Assembly: GCA_963730185.1 (NCBI GenBank)
Contig: CAVSQW010000008.1
Span: 480,001 to 544,000 of the forward strand
DNA length: 64,000 nucleotides
Source: an uncultured Gemmatimonadales bacterium
GTDB lineage: Bacteria; Gemmatimonadota; Gemmatimonadetes; Gemmatimonadales; GWC2-71-9
Direction: 5' to 3'
Of the stretch, positions 48,172-58,500 are shown one piece after another. The translations under genes were made by a program, and so were the position numbers. Numbering within the stretch: the stretch's first letter is position 1; every line of letters starts with the position of its first letter. Below the pieces are notes generated by a model. That model was not told the DNA's origin. It did no database searches and saw nothing but the letters and a program-made list of their open reading frames with translations.

Positions 48172-48583
48172 CGAGTTTCCAGCCTCCTCACAAGTGAGGG
48201 TCGTTCCCTCCGTGGCCGCCCTCGGCGCCGGCGAGCCGGTCACGGTCTCCGGTGGCGCGAGCCTCGTGGCGCGTAGGTTCAGCCCCACCGGCTTCGGACT
48301 CAAGGTACATAGCGTCGGGCACGTGCGGGTGGTAGCGGTGCAAGAAGCGTACGAGCCTCGCTCGATCAGCGGTTTCGGGCCAAGCTGATAACTCCTTGCG
48401 TCGCAATTAGATGAGAGACCTCGCCCAAGGCCGGATCCCAGGACAGAGCCCCGCTTGGGCCACCGGATTGCCATGCCGGGATGACAGTGACCTCGAATTG
48501 GGACGCCGTGTCAGCCGGTTCGATTTCGGCCACGGGCGGCGCCGCCGTCAACGGCCGGAGCGGCACCGGAGGAGCGGTCTGGT

Positions 48584-49261
48584 CTAGGCGCGCTGGGCCG
48601 CCAGGCGGAGCTGGTCGTGGTCCTTGAGCACGATCTCGCGACGGCTCACGGTGATGGCGCCCTGGACCACGAGGCTCCGCATGGTGCGGGAAACGGTCTC
48701 TCGGCTGGCCCCCACCATTTGTCCGATCGTGGCGTGGGTGAGCTTGCGGGTGATCCGCTCGCCACCCTCCTCGCGGGCGAGCTCGAGCAGGAGACTGGCG
48801 ATTCGCCCGTTCACGTCGAGCAGGGCCATGCCGGTGATGGTCTCGTCGGCGCGGCGGAGTCGGCGGGAGAGCTCCCGGAGCAGCGCGATGGCGAGGTCGG
48901 GGGAGCTCCGCAGGCGGGCCTGGAAATCCTCGCGACGGAGCTGGAAGAGCACCGCCTCGGTCATGGCGATGACGTGGGCGGAGCGGGGCTCGTCGTCGAG
49001 GAGGGCCATCTCCCCGAACACGCCGCCCCGGGTCAGCACCGAGAGGATCACCTCCCGGCCGTCTTCGCCGAAGACCGCGACTTTGACTTGCCCCTCGGCG
49101 ATGACGAACAGGGCGTCGCCGGGGTCGCCCTGGGAGAGGATGATGCCTCCCCGTACGTAGCGCCGTTCCCGCGTCAGCCCGGCCAGGGCCTGGAGCTGGC
49201 CCTCGTCGAGGTGCTGGAAGAGGGGCACGGACCCGAGCACCTCGGCGGCGGCGTCAGACAT
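48584..49261 (-). CDS. Crp/Fnr family transcriptional regulator
   Basis: cNMP-binding FGEMALLD..PRSA; HTH THATIGQMVGASRETVSR. Confidence 0.95.
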   Translation of the reverse strand: MSDAAAEVLGSVPLFQHLDEGQLQALAGLTRERRYVRGGIILSQGDPGDALFVIAEGQVKVAVFGEDGREVILSVLTRGGVFGEMALLDDEPRSAHVIAMTEAVLFQLRREDFQARLRSSPDLAIALLRELSRRLRRADETITGMALLDVNGRIASLLLELAREEGGERITRKLTHATIGQMVGASRETVSRTMRSLVVQGAITVSRREIVLKDHDQLRLAAQRA

Positions 49262-49345
49262 GGCGGTCTCCTTGGCCCGACCAGCATAGGGAGCCGGGCC
49301 GGAGTGGGCAAGGGCCAGGCTCTCGCTCCCGGCGGTCTGGGCGGC

Positions 49346-49374
49346 TTGCTCGGCGGCCCGGCGATCGCTAGATT
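49346..49374 (+). promoter_or_regulatory. Putative sigma70 promoter TTGCTC-N17-TAGATT for the rpmE-prfA operon
   Basis: Spacing counted; about 60 bp upstream of rpmE. Confidence 0.55.
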
Positions 49375-49435
49375 ACCGGGCTACGCCGGCAGCATTATGT
49401 CCTTGCCGGGCAACAGTTTGAGCGCGGGAGTCAGG

Positions 49436-49660
49436 GTGAAGGCGAATATCCATCCTCAGTATCGGACCATCTCGGTCCAGTGCGCGTGCGGTAACACGTT
49501 CGAGACCCGGACCACCGCGGCGTCGATTCACGTCGAAGTGTGCTCGGTCTGCCACCCTTACTTCACGGGCAAGCAGCGGCTGGTGGACACGGCCGGCCGG
49601 GTCGATCGGTTCCGCCGCAAGTATGCGGGCATTCCGGCCGCCGGAGCCACCAAGGAGTAA
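49436..49660 (+). CDS. rpmE: 50S ribosomal protein L31 (Zn-binding type)
   Basis: [42 protein letters not shown]. Confidence 0.97.
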   Translation: MKANIHPQYRTISVQCACGNTFETRTTAASIHVEVCSVCHPYFTGKQRLVDTAGRVDRFRRKYAGIPAAGATKE

Positions 49661-49663
49661 GCC

Positions 49664-50729
49664 ATGGAAGCCCGACTCCGCCAGGCGCTGGCCCGGGCGG
49701 AGGAGGTCGCGGAGGCGCTGGCTCGCCCGGACCTCGCCAAGGACCCCGCCCAGTTGACCGCCCTTGGGCGCGAGCACGCTCGGCTCGCGCCCATCGTGCG
49801 TTTGGGCGAGCGTTCGTCCGCCTGACCCGGGAGCTGGCCGACGCCCGCGAGCTGGCTGAGTCCGACGACCCCGAGCTGGCCGAGCTGGCCCAGGCCGACG
49901 TCGACCGGATCGAGGCCGACCTGCGACGGATCGGCCCCGAGCTCGAAGAGCTGCTCGTTCCCCGAGACCCCCTCGAAGACCGGAGCGCCATTCTCGAGAT
50001 CCGGGCCGGGACCGGCGGCGACGAGGCGGCCCTCTTCGCGGCCGATCTGCTCCGGATGTACACCCGCTTCGCGGAGCGGCACGGCATCACGGTCGAGCCG
50101 ATCGCGCCTGAGCGAAGGGGCGCTCGGCGGGCTCAAGGAGGCCATCGTCGCGGTTGACGGGGCGCGGATGCGTTCGGCCTCTTCCGGCGCGAGTCGGGCG
50201 TGCACCGGGTGCAGCGGGTGCCGGCCACCGAGGCCCAGGGGCGGATCCACACCTCGGCCGCGACGGTGGCGGTGCTGCCCGAGGCCGAAGAGGTGGACGT
50301 CGAAGATCGAGCCGCAGGATCTCAAGATCGATGTCTTCCGGTCCTCGGGGCCCGGGCGGGCAGAGCGTCAACACCACCGACAGCGCGGTCCGGATCACCC
50401 ACTTGCCGACCGGGCTGGTGGTGATCCAGCAGGACCAGAAGTCGCAGCTCCAGAACAAGCTCAAGGCGATGGAAGTGCTGCGGGCCCGGCTGCTCGATCG
50501 CATGGATGGCCGAGCAGGAGGCCGGGCGGGCCGGCGAGCGCCGCGCGATGGTGGGCACCGGCGATCGTTCCGCGAAGATCCGGACCTACAACTATCCCGC
50601 AGAGCCGGGTGACCGACCACCGGATCAATCTCACCCTGTACAACCTGGCCGAGATCATGGATGGCCGACTCGACGACTTGGTCAAGGCGCTTCGGGTCGC
50701 CGAGCCGCGAAGAGGCGAGTGCGGCCTGA
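49664..50729 (+). CDS. prfA: Peptide chain release factor 1; multiple apparent frameshifts
   Basis: [31 protein letters not shown] (PxT = RF1), [38 protein letters not shown]. Confidence 0.95.
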
Positions 50730-51588
50730 GGCTCCGGGCGGTGACGGCGCCGCCCTCGGCGACCTGGTCCGGGCGGCCGCCGACCGACTCGCGGCGGCCC
50801 GACTGCCCGATCCCCGGCGGGAGGCGCTCCGGCTCTTCGCCGACCTCCTCCAGGCCACCCCGGCGGAGATCGCGATCCGGGGCGATCACCGGCTGGATGC
50901 CGAACGCGCGGCGCTGCTGCTGGAGCATGCGGAGCGGCGAGCGCGAGGCGAGCCACTCGCCTACGTTACAGGGATTGCGGGCTTCCGGCGCCTGATTCTG
51001 GCGGTGGATCGGCGGGTTCTCATTCCGCGTCCCGAGACCGAAGGCCTGGTCGATCGGGTGCTGGGACTGAGCTTGGTGGGGTTGGCGGTGGACGTGGGGA
51101 CGGGAAGCGGATGTCTGGCGCTCTCGCTCCGACAGGAGGGCGGGTATCGGGGGGTGGTGGGGGTGGATCGGTCGCGGGAGGCGCTGGCCGTCGCGGAGGG
51201 CAACCGCAACCGACTCCGACTCGAGGTGGAGCTCGTGGCCTCCGATCTGGTGAGCGCGGTGGGTGAGGCGACGGTGGACGTGTTGGTGTCCAATCCGCCC
51301 TACGTGAGCGAGCCCGAGATGGTGGAGCTCGAGTCGGCGGTGCGCGATTACGAGCCCCGTCAGGCGCTGGCGAGCGGCGCCGACGGGCTGGAACATACCC
51401 GCCGACTCCTGGCCGAAGGTTGGTCGCGGGTCCGGCCGGGAGGGTGGGTGGCGATGGAGATCGCGAGCCAGCGCGCTCGCCAATCGGCGGAGGTGGCCCG
51501 GGCCGCCGGGTGGACCGACGTTCGTATCGACGAGGATCTGTTTGGGCGGGCCCGCTATCTGATCGCCCGCCGGGGAGACGAGAGATGA
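50719..51588 (+). CDS. prmC: Release factor glutamine methyltransferase
   Basis: [39 protein letters not shown]. Confidence 0.95.
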   Translation: MRPEAPGGDGAALGDLVRAAADRLAAARLPDPRREALRLFADLLQATPAEIAIRGDHRLDAERAALLLEHAERRARGEPLAYVTGIAGFRRLILAVDRRVLIPRPETEGLVDRVLGLSLVGLAVDVGTGSGCLALSLRQEGGYRGVVGVDRSREALAVAEGNRNRLRLEVELVASDLVSAVGEATVDVLVSNPPYVSEPEMVELESAVRDYEPRQALASGADGLEHTRRLLAEGWSRVRPGGWVAMEIASQRARQSAEVARAAGWTDVRIDEDLFGRARYLIARRGDER

Positions 51589-51938
51589 TCGAGGAGAAAG
51601 CGACGGAGCTGGGACGCCTGATCGGGCAGTCGAACGAGTATCAGACCCTGCGGCGCGCCGAGCAGGCCCTTCGCCAGGACACCGACACGGTGGCCAAGCT
51701 GGATACGATCCAGAACCTGGCCAAGGAGATCGATGCGTCGGTGGCCCAGGGGAAGATGCCCGAGGAAGCCACGACCCAGACCTACGAGGAAGCCATCCGC
51801 GACCTCGAGACCAGCCCGGTGGGCCAGGCGTACGTGGTGGCCCGGTCGAACTTCGACAAGCTGATGGCGCGGGTCAACCAGCAGATGAGCGTCGGGATCG
51901 AGCGCGGCGCGACGAGCAACATCATCACGCTCGGGTGA
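51585..51938 (+). CDS. YlbF/YmcA (Com_YlbF)-family helical protein
   Basis: [21 protein letters not shown]...AY..A...FDKLM..VNQ pattern. Confidence 0.7.
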   Translation: MIEEKATELGRLIGQSNEYQTLRRAEQALRQDTDTVAKLDTIQNLAKEIDASVAQGKMPEEATTQTYEEAIRDLETSPVGQAYVVARSNFDKLMARVNQQMSVGIERGATSNIITLG

Positions 51939-52570
51939 TGGCCGGGTTCTTCCTGGTGCTGGAGGGGCCCGAGGGCGCCGGCAAGTCCACCCTGGCCCGG
52001 GCCCTGGCCGATCGGTTCCGGTCGACCGGGGTCGAGCCCGTGGTGGTGCGCGAGCCGGGCGGGACCCCGGCCGCCGAGGCGCTCCGGACCGAGCTGCTGG
52101 ACGGGAACCGGGCCTGGACCGCTGAGGCCGAGGCGCTCTACATGGTCACGGCGCGAGCCGATCTGGTCGCCCGGGTGATCGGCCCCGCTCTGGCGGCCGG
52201 CAAGGTGGTCATCTCCGATCGATTCGATCACTCGACCCGGGCCTACCAGATCGCCGGGCGCGGGTTGCCGGCGGACCGGGTCGAGTGGATGAATCGGGCG
52301 GCGACCGGCGGCTTGGCGCCCGACCTGACCCTGATTCTCGACTTGGGCGCGGCGGTGGGGCGGGCCCGCCAGTTGGCGGCCGGCAAGACCGGCGACCGGC
52401 TGGACCGGGAGTCGGCCGAGTTCCACGAGCGGGTGGGCCGGGCGTACCGGGCCCTCGAGGGGCCGGGGATCGTGCACCTCGACGCGAGTCGCCCGCCGGA
52501 CCAGGTGGTCGAGCTGGCCTGGCGGTCGGTACTGGCGGCCCGCCCCGACTGGGTGGAGGCGAAGCGCTGA
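51938..52570 (+). CDS. tmk: Thymidylate kinase
   Basis: LEGPEGAGKST, REPGGT, VISDRF..ST.AYQ, PDLTLILD, DRLD.E. Confidence 0.96.
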   Translation: MAGFFLVLEGPEGAGKSTLARALADRFRSTGVEPVVVREPGGTPAAEALRTELLDGNRAWTAEAEALYMVTARADLVARVIGPALAAGKVVISDRFDHSTRAYQIAGRGLPADRVEWMNRAATGGLAPDLTLILDLGAAVGRARQLAAGKTGDRLDRESAEFHERVGRAYRALEGPGIVHLDASRPPDQVVELAWRSVLAARPDWVEAKR

Positions 52571-53850
52571 TGCGGACTCGATGGATCGTGCTCGGCGGGG
52601 TGGCGGCGGCTTCCTTCTTCGGGGGTGGCTGGCTGCTCCGTCGCGGGGTTCGGGCCCATGCGGCGCCAGCGGCGGCGGCGGCCCAGGGCGGTGGTGGCTC
52701 GGCGCTCTTCAAGGAGGTGCTCGGGCACGTCCGGAGCTACGCGGTCGACTCGCTGGACGAGTCGGTGCTCTACCGGCTGGCGGCGTCCGGCGTGCTCGAC
52801 GAGCTCGACGATCCCTATGCCACCTTGCTCCACGAGCGCGATCGCCAGATCGTAGGCCCCGGCGGAGTCGTGTCGGCGCGGGGAGCGTATCTCGACCAGG
52901 ACGGGGGCCTCACCGTGGTGCTGGCCGTCCGGCCCGAGAGTCCGGCGGCCGAGGCGGGCCTCGAGCCGGGTGACCTGGTGCTGGCGGTCGACAGCACCCG
53001 GGTCGAGGCCCGCCGTCCCGAGGAAGTGGCCCGGCTGCTGGATCAGCGGGCCGACACGTCGGTCCGGATCCGGGTTGGCCGGGCCGGCAGGCGAAGCGCC
53101 CTTTGGGTGACCATCAGGAGCGGCCCGGTTCCGCCCCTTCCCGCGCCGACCGCGACCGCGCTGGGCAACGGGATCGTACGGCTCGGGCTGGCGCGAGTGG
53201 ACACCGGTACCGCGAGCTGGGTGGCGCGAGTGGCCGACAGCGCGGCGGGGGTGCGGGGCCTGATCCTCGACCTCCGGGGCACGGTCGAGGGAACGCTGGA
53301 CGGGGCCGTCCGCCTGGCCGGCCTCTTCCTGCCGCCGGGCACCTCGGTGGTCACCGCGCGACACCGGTCCCGGGGCGACTCGGCCGTGACGGTGCCGGCC
53401 GGGCAGTCGGTCCACGAGGTGCCGCTGGTGGTGCTGGTGGACCGGGCGACGGCGGGAGCGGCGGAGGTGGTGGCCGGCGCGCTCCAGGATCACGATCGCG
53501 CGCTGGTGGTGGGCGAGACCAGCTTCGGTCGGGGCGTCTCGCTATCGTTGTATCCGCTGGGCGGCGGACTCGCGATCCAGCTGAGCACGGCGCTCTGGCT
53601 CACGCCGAGCGGCCGATCGATCCAGCGGAGCCAACCGACCGACAGCGCGGCGGATTCGACGGGGAAGCGACCCGAGTTCCAGACCGACGGCGGCCGGCGG
53701 GTGCTGGGCGGTGGCGGGATCGTGCCCGATCGGCCGGTGCTGGCGGAGGGCGGAGAGGGCCGCCGGGGCGACCCGGCGCTGGACCTGGCCCACCGCCTGC
53801 TGGCCAAGGCCCGTTCGACGGCTACCCTGCTCAGCCTGAAGGACGGTTAG
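52570..53850 (+). CDS. S41A/CtpA-like PDZ-containing protease homologue, catalytic residues substituted
   Basis: LDDPY, PDZ SPAAEAGLEPGD, LILDLRG, VLVD..TAGAAEVVAGALQDHDRA.VVGETSFGRG, TPSGRSIQ, GGGIVPD. Confidence 0.85.
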   Translation: MRTRWIVLGGVAAASFFGGGWLLRRGVRAHAAPAAAAAQGGGGSALFKEVLGHVRSYAVDSLDESVLYRLAASGVLDELDDPYATLLHERDRQIVGPGGVVSARGAYLDQDGGLTVVLAVRPESPAAEAGLEPGDLVLAVDSTRVEARRPEEVARLLDQRADTSVRIRVGRAGRRSALWVTIRSGPVPPLPAPTATALGNGIVRLGLARVDTGTASWVARVADSAAGVRGLILDLRGTVEGTLDGAVRLAGLFLPPGTSVVTARHRSRGDSAVTVPAGQSVHEVPLVVLVDRATAGAAEVVAGALQDHDRALVVGETSFGRGVSLSLYPLGGGLAIQLSTALWLTPSGRSIQRSQPTDSAADSTGKRPEFQTDGGRRVLGGGGIVPDRPVLAEGGEGRRGDPALDLAHRLLAKARSTATLLSLKDG

Positions 53851-53856
53851 GCGGCC

Positions 53857-54507
53857 TCAGAGCTGGTCGATGACCCGAATGCCCGGCGGGACGGTGAAGG
53901 TGAAGGTCTTCCGCGAGTAGGAGGCGTTCGGGCGGAGCTTCGAGAGCTCCAGGATCCGCCGGAAGCCGGGGGCTTCGTCGAGCTCGATCCGGTAGGGCAG
54001 GGCGTCGTCCACTCCCAGCCAGAGCCGGGCCCGGATGAAGGGGATGCTGTTCGACTTCGGGGTGAGCGCGACCACGTCGGTCGGGTGGCCCGACACCGTT
54101 TCCCGGTCCACGTAGGCCACGTCGTACCGCTCCGAGGGACGATCGAGCAGGGCCGCCAGGAAGTTGGCGCCGTACACCGGGTCGGTCGGGATCGGCGCCC
54201 GAAAGACCTGATTGGGAGCGGTGCTCGGCGTGTAGGTCCAGATGTACTGCCCGTCGATGACGATGGCCTCGCCGTCCGGATCCGTGAACCGCATCGCGAA
54301 GTTGTTGTTCCCCGCCTGAATGACGGTGCCCCGGCTCACCAGGGTGTCGCCCTGGGCTCGGTCCTGGATGGTCTGGACGAAGTTGGCCTGGAGCGACCCC
54401 AGCGAGCGATAGACCTGGCCCGCGCGCCCGACGATCCGCACCGGATCCTGGGCGGTGAGGGCGGCGGGAAGGAAGAGGCCGACCGCGAGGAGAGCGAGGC
54501 GGCTCAT
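53857..54507 (-). CDS. lolA: Outer-membrane lipoprotein carrier LolA family
   Basis: Signal peptide; SLQANFVQ, F..PDGEAIVIDGQYIWTYTP, FTFTVPPG.RVID. Confidence 0.87.
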   Translation of the reverse strand: MSRLALLAVGLFLPAALTAQDPVRIVGRAGQVYRSLGSLQANFVQTIQDRAQGDTLVSRGTVIQAGNNNFAMRFTDPDGEAIVIDGQYIWTYTPSTAPNQVFRAPIPTDPVYGANFLAALLDRPSERYDVAYVDRETVSGHPTDVVALTPKSNSIPFIRARLWLGVDDALPYRIELDEAPGFRRILELSKLRPNASYSRKTFTFTVPPGIRVIDQL

Positions 54508-55541
54508 CGGGTGGGCACCGGGCTCGCGACTGGCCGGCCGAGCACCGCGGCGATGCCGCGGACCTCCTCCATCAGGAGCTCGAACTGCTCCGGGTAGAGG
54601 CTCTGGGCCCCGTCGGACAGCGCCCGGTCGGGCGCGACGTGTACCTCGATCAGCAGGCCGTCGGCGCCGGCGGCGACGGCGGCGCGAGCCATGGGCCGAA
54701 CCATGGCCCGGCGTCCGGTGCCGTGGCTCGGGTCGGCGATGATCGGAAGGTGCGAGAGCTGCTTCACGGCCGGGATCGCGTTCAGGTCGAAGAGATTCCG
54801 GGTCGCGGCGTCGGCGCCGCGAATCCCGCGCTCGCAGAGGATGACGTTCGGGTTGCCTTCCGCGAGCACATACTCGGCCGACATCAAGAGATCGGAGAGC
54901 GAGGCGGACGGACCCCGCTTGAGGAGCACGGGCTTGCCGAGCCGGCCGGCGCGCTTGAGAAGGCTGAAGTTCTGCATGTTGCGGGCGCCGATCTGGACCA
55001 CGTCGGCCACCTCCGCCACCCGCTCGAGCCCGTCGTCGTCCATGGCCTCAGTGACGATGAAGAGGCCGGTCTCCTCGCGGATCGAGCCCAGCAGCCGGAG
55101 CCCCTCGTCTCCGAGGCCCTGAAAGGCGTACGGTGAGGTTCGGGGCTTGAAGGCTCCGGCCCGGAGGCCGACCGCGCCCGCTTGCTTGACCCGAAGGGCG
55201 GTCTCGCGGATCTGCTCCTCGCTCTCGACCGAGCAGGGCCCGGCGATCACCACCAGCTCGTCACCGCCGACGGTGAATCCTCCCGGGAGCCGGACCACGG
55301 TCGGGTCGGGCCGCCATTCCCGCGCCACCATCCGGTAGGGGCGGCTCAGATGGACGATCTCCTCGACGCCCGGGAGCGCGGCGAAGCGGGCCCCGTCGAG
55401 GCGGCCGTCGTGGCCCACCACGGCGATGGCGGCCCGGCGGGCTCCGGGGATCCGCATCGAGGCGAAGCCCAGCTCGTCGATCAGCGCGACGACCCGGGCC
55501 TCGTCCCCGGCGGAGGCGTCGGAACGGAGGAGCACCAGCAT
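54504..55541 (-). CDS. aroF: 3-deoxy-7-phosphoheptulonate (DAHP) synthase, type I-beta with N-terminal regulatory domain
   Basis: IAGPCSVES, FKPRTSPY.FQGLG, QIGARNMQNF, LLKRG, LCERGI, DPSHGTG, SDGAQSL. Confidence 0.96.
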   Translation of the reverse strand: MLVLLRSDASAGDEARVVALIDELGFASMRIPGARRAAIAVVGHDGRLDGARFAALPGVEEIVHLSRPYRMVAREWRPDPTVVRLPGGFTVGGDELVVIAGPCSVESEEQIRETALRVKQAGAVGLRAGAFKPRTSPYAFQGLGDEGLRLLGSIREETGLFIVTEAMDDDGLERVAEVADVVQIGARNMQNFSLLKRAGRLGKPVLLKRGPSASLSDLLMSAEYVLAEGNPNVILCERGIRGADAATRNLFDLNAIPAVKQLSHLPIIADPSHGTGRRAMVRPMARAAVAAGADGLLIEVHVAPDRALSDGAQSLYPEQFELLMEEVRGIAAVLGRPVASPVPTR

Positions 55542-55557
55542 GGGGGGAATCTAACGG

Positions 55558-58500
55558 CTAGGCGGCCCGCTCCCGGTCGTCGCCGCCCTCGGGCTGATGA
55601 AGCCGGACGCCGACGATGGTGGAGACGCCGGGCTCCTGCATGGTCACGCCATAGACCGCGTCGGCCGCCTGCATGGTCCGCGGGTTGTGGGTGATGACGA
55701 TGAACTGGGTGCTGGTCTTGAACTCCCGGAGCAGGTTGGTGAACCGGCCCACGTTGGAGTCGTCGAGCGGCGCGTCGACCTCGTCGAGGAGGCAGAACGG
55801 GCTGGGCTTGGTGAGGTAGATGCTGAAGAGCAGGGACACGGCCACCAGGGTCCGCTCGCCTGAGCTCAGCAGGTGGATTCGCTGGGTCTTCTTGCCGCGT
55901 GGCGCGGCGTGGATCTCGATCTCGCTGTCCAGCGGCTCGTCGGGGTTGGCCAGTCGGATGTCGCACTCACCGCCGCCGAACAGGGTGTGGAACACCCGCT
56001 GGAAGTTGGCCTGCACCGCGGTGAAGGTCTCGAGGAACAGGCTCCGGGCGGTGCCGTCGATCTCCCGGATGGCCTGAAGCAGCGACTGGCGGGCGGCGAC
56101 CAGGTCGTCCCGCTGGGTCGTCAGGAACTCGAGCCGCTTGGTCTCCTCGGCGTGCTCCTCCATGGCCAGCGGGTTGACCGGACCGATGCTCTCGAGCGTG
56201 GTGACGATCCGGGCGAGCTCGTTCTCGAGCGTTTCGCGGTCGAGATCGAGCAGCTGGACCTTGGCCATCAGCTCGTCGAAGGGCGCCCGCCACTCCGTCT
56301 CCACCCGCTCCACCACGCTCCGGCGCACCCCGGCCGCCTCGGTCAGCTCTACCTCGAGATGGTGGGACTCCTCGGTCAGCTCGTCGAGCGTCTGGCGGAA
56401 GGCGGCCAGCCGGTGCTCGCTCTCCTCGAGGCCGGCGGTTGCGGCGGTAAGGGCACCCTCCGCGCCGGCGTTCTGGGCTTCGAGCTCGGTGAGGGTCGCC
56501 ACCCGTTCCTTCCGCTGCTCGGTCCACTCGCCGTGCTGGGTCTCGAGCGAGGTCCGCTCCTGGTCGAGGAGGGCGATCTCGTCGCGGAGCGACTGGGCGG
56601 CCTGCTCGGCCAGGGTGATGGTCTGGCTGGCCCGCTCCAGGCGGTCGTTGGTGGCCCTGAGCCGGGCCGCGACATGGGCCTCCTGGACCTGCCAGTGCAC
56701 CCGGGTCTCGCGGGCGCTCTCTTGCTCACCCTCGAGGGTGGTCAGGGTCGAGCGGGCCGCGTTGAGCTGCTCGTCGGTCCGGAGTCGGGCCAGCTCCGCT
56801 TCCCGGGCGGTCGCCCCGGTCTCGCTGAGGCGCTGCTCGGCCCGGGCAAGCCGTTCGGTGAGACGGCCCACCTGGCCCTGCGCTTCTCCGCGCTCCCGGG
56901 TCAGGTTGACCAGGAGCCGGTGGGCGTCGTCTCGCGCGGCGGTGGCTTGCCGCTCGCGCTCCCGGGCTTGCTCGACCACGCCCCCCGCTTCGGTCGCGAC
57001 CCGCTCGGCTTCGGTCAATCGCTCGCGGGTGGCGGTGAGCCGCTCCACGGCGGAGGCCAGGGTCGTTTCCTGGCTCGCGATGTCGTCGGCGAGGGCGGCG
57101 AGGTCGGCCCGGCGGCGGATCGGGCCCGACGGGCTGGCGGCGCCGGTCATCAAGACCGCGCCGCTGGGGCGCTTGAGGACCCGGCCCGAGGGATGGACGA
57201 CCTCGAAGCCCCGGAGCAGGGCGTCGATCCAGGCCTGCGCTGGCCCGTCGGCCGCCAGCCGGTTGGCGAGCGGGTGGGGGCCGCCAATCGAGGTCTCGGT
57301 CGGCCCGGGATCGACCGGGAGCAGCACCAGCGCGCCCGGCTGGGCGTCCTCGTACCAGGTGTGTACGGCGTCCACCGTGGCCCAGTCGCGGACCAGGATG
57401 GCGTGCATCCACTCGCCCAGGAGGCGCTCGGCCAGCTCGGCGTCTTCGCGGGAGGTGGAGATGAAGTCGCTGAGCGGACCGAGGACCGCGCCGCCGAAGC
57501 GCTCGCGCGCGGCCAGCAGGGCCTGGGCGGCGGGAGCGAGGCCGACCCGGTCGCGCTCCAGCTCCGCCAGGGCGTGCTGCCGGGCGGTCAGCTGGGCGAG
57601 GGCCTCCTCGGCCAGTCGGCGCTCGTCGCGCTCGGCGGCCTCGCGCTCCCGGGTCTCGCCCACCAGGTGGCGGGCCCGGTCGGAGGCGGCGGTGGCCACC
57701 AGGGTGTCGTGGGCCCGCTGCTGGGCTTCCTGCTCGAGGTGCTGCCCGCGGGCCTCGGCGTCGGCGTGGTCGCGCTCGACCGCGGCGCAGTGGGTCTGCT
57801 GCTGGGCCAGTGCTTCCCGAAGCGACGCGAGCTCGCCCTCCAGGGCCGAGCGCTCGCCCTCGAGACCGCGGAGCTTCTGGACCTCGGCCTGAACCGCTTC
57901 CTCCAGCCGGCGGACCTCTTCACGATGGGTCTGGAGTCGCTGACGCACGGCGTCCTCGGCCTCGGCCCGTTCGCGGAGCTGCGCCTGGATCCGGGCATGC
58001 TCGGCCTCGGCTTCGCCGCGCTCCGCCTGAGCCGCTTCCCGCTCGTCGACCGCCTGGCTGGTGCGGAGCTCGACCTGCTGCCGCTCTTCTTCGTCCCGGC
58101 GGCGGCGGGCGGTGGCGTGGGCCAGCCGCTCGGTGGCCACGGCCAGGTCGGCGTCGAGCTTGCCGAGGGCCAGCTGCACGGTCGAGAGCTCCCGGGCCAC
58201 GATCGTGCGGTGCTCCTCGGCCCGGTTACGGTCGCGGACGCACTGCTCGTGGCGCCCGTTGGCCTCGTTCAGCTGCTGGCGAAGCTCGGGGAGAGTCTGC
58301 CGGAGCTCGTCGTGGCGGGCCTTCATGCCGCTCACCTTCTCGGTGAGCTCGGAGAGGACCCGCTCGGCCAGGGTGAGCTGGACGCTGAACTTCTCGTCCC
58401 CGAGCTTGGCGTGGCGCTCGGCCTTGCCCTTCTGGCGGGCGAGACTCCTGATCTGCGACTGGACCTCCGAGATGAGGTCCTCCAATCGCTGGAGGTCGGT

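Noticed and set aside
48340..48356. Possible sigma54 promoter upstream of the CsgG-like gene (TCGTAC-GCTTC-TTGCA)
   Set aside because: It lacks the invariant -24 GG dinucleotide.
49664..50729. Programmed frameshift in the release factor gene
   Set aside because: The gene is RF1 (PAT motif), not RF2. There is no CTT-TGA slip site, and there are many scattered indels rather than one.
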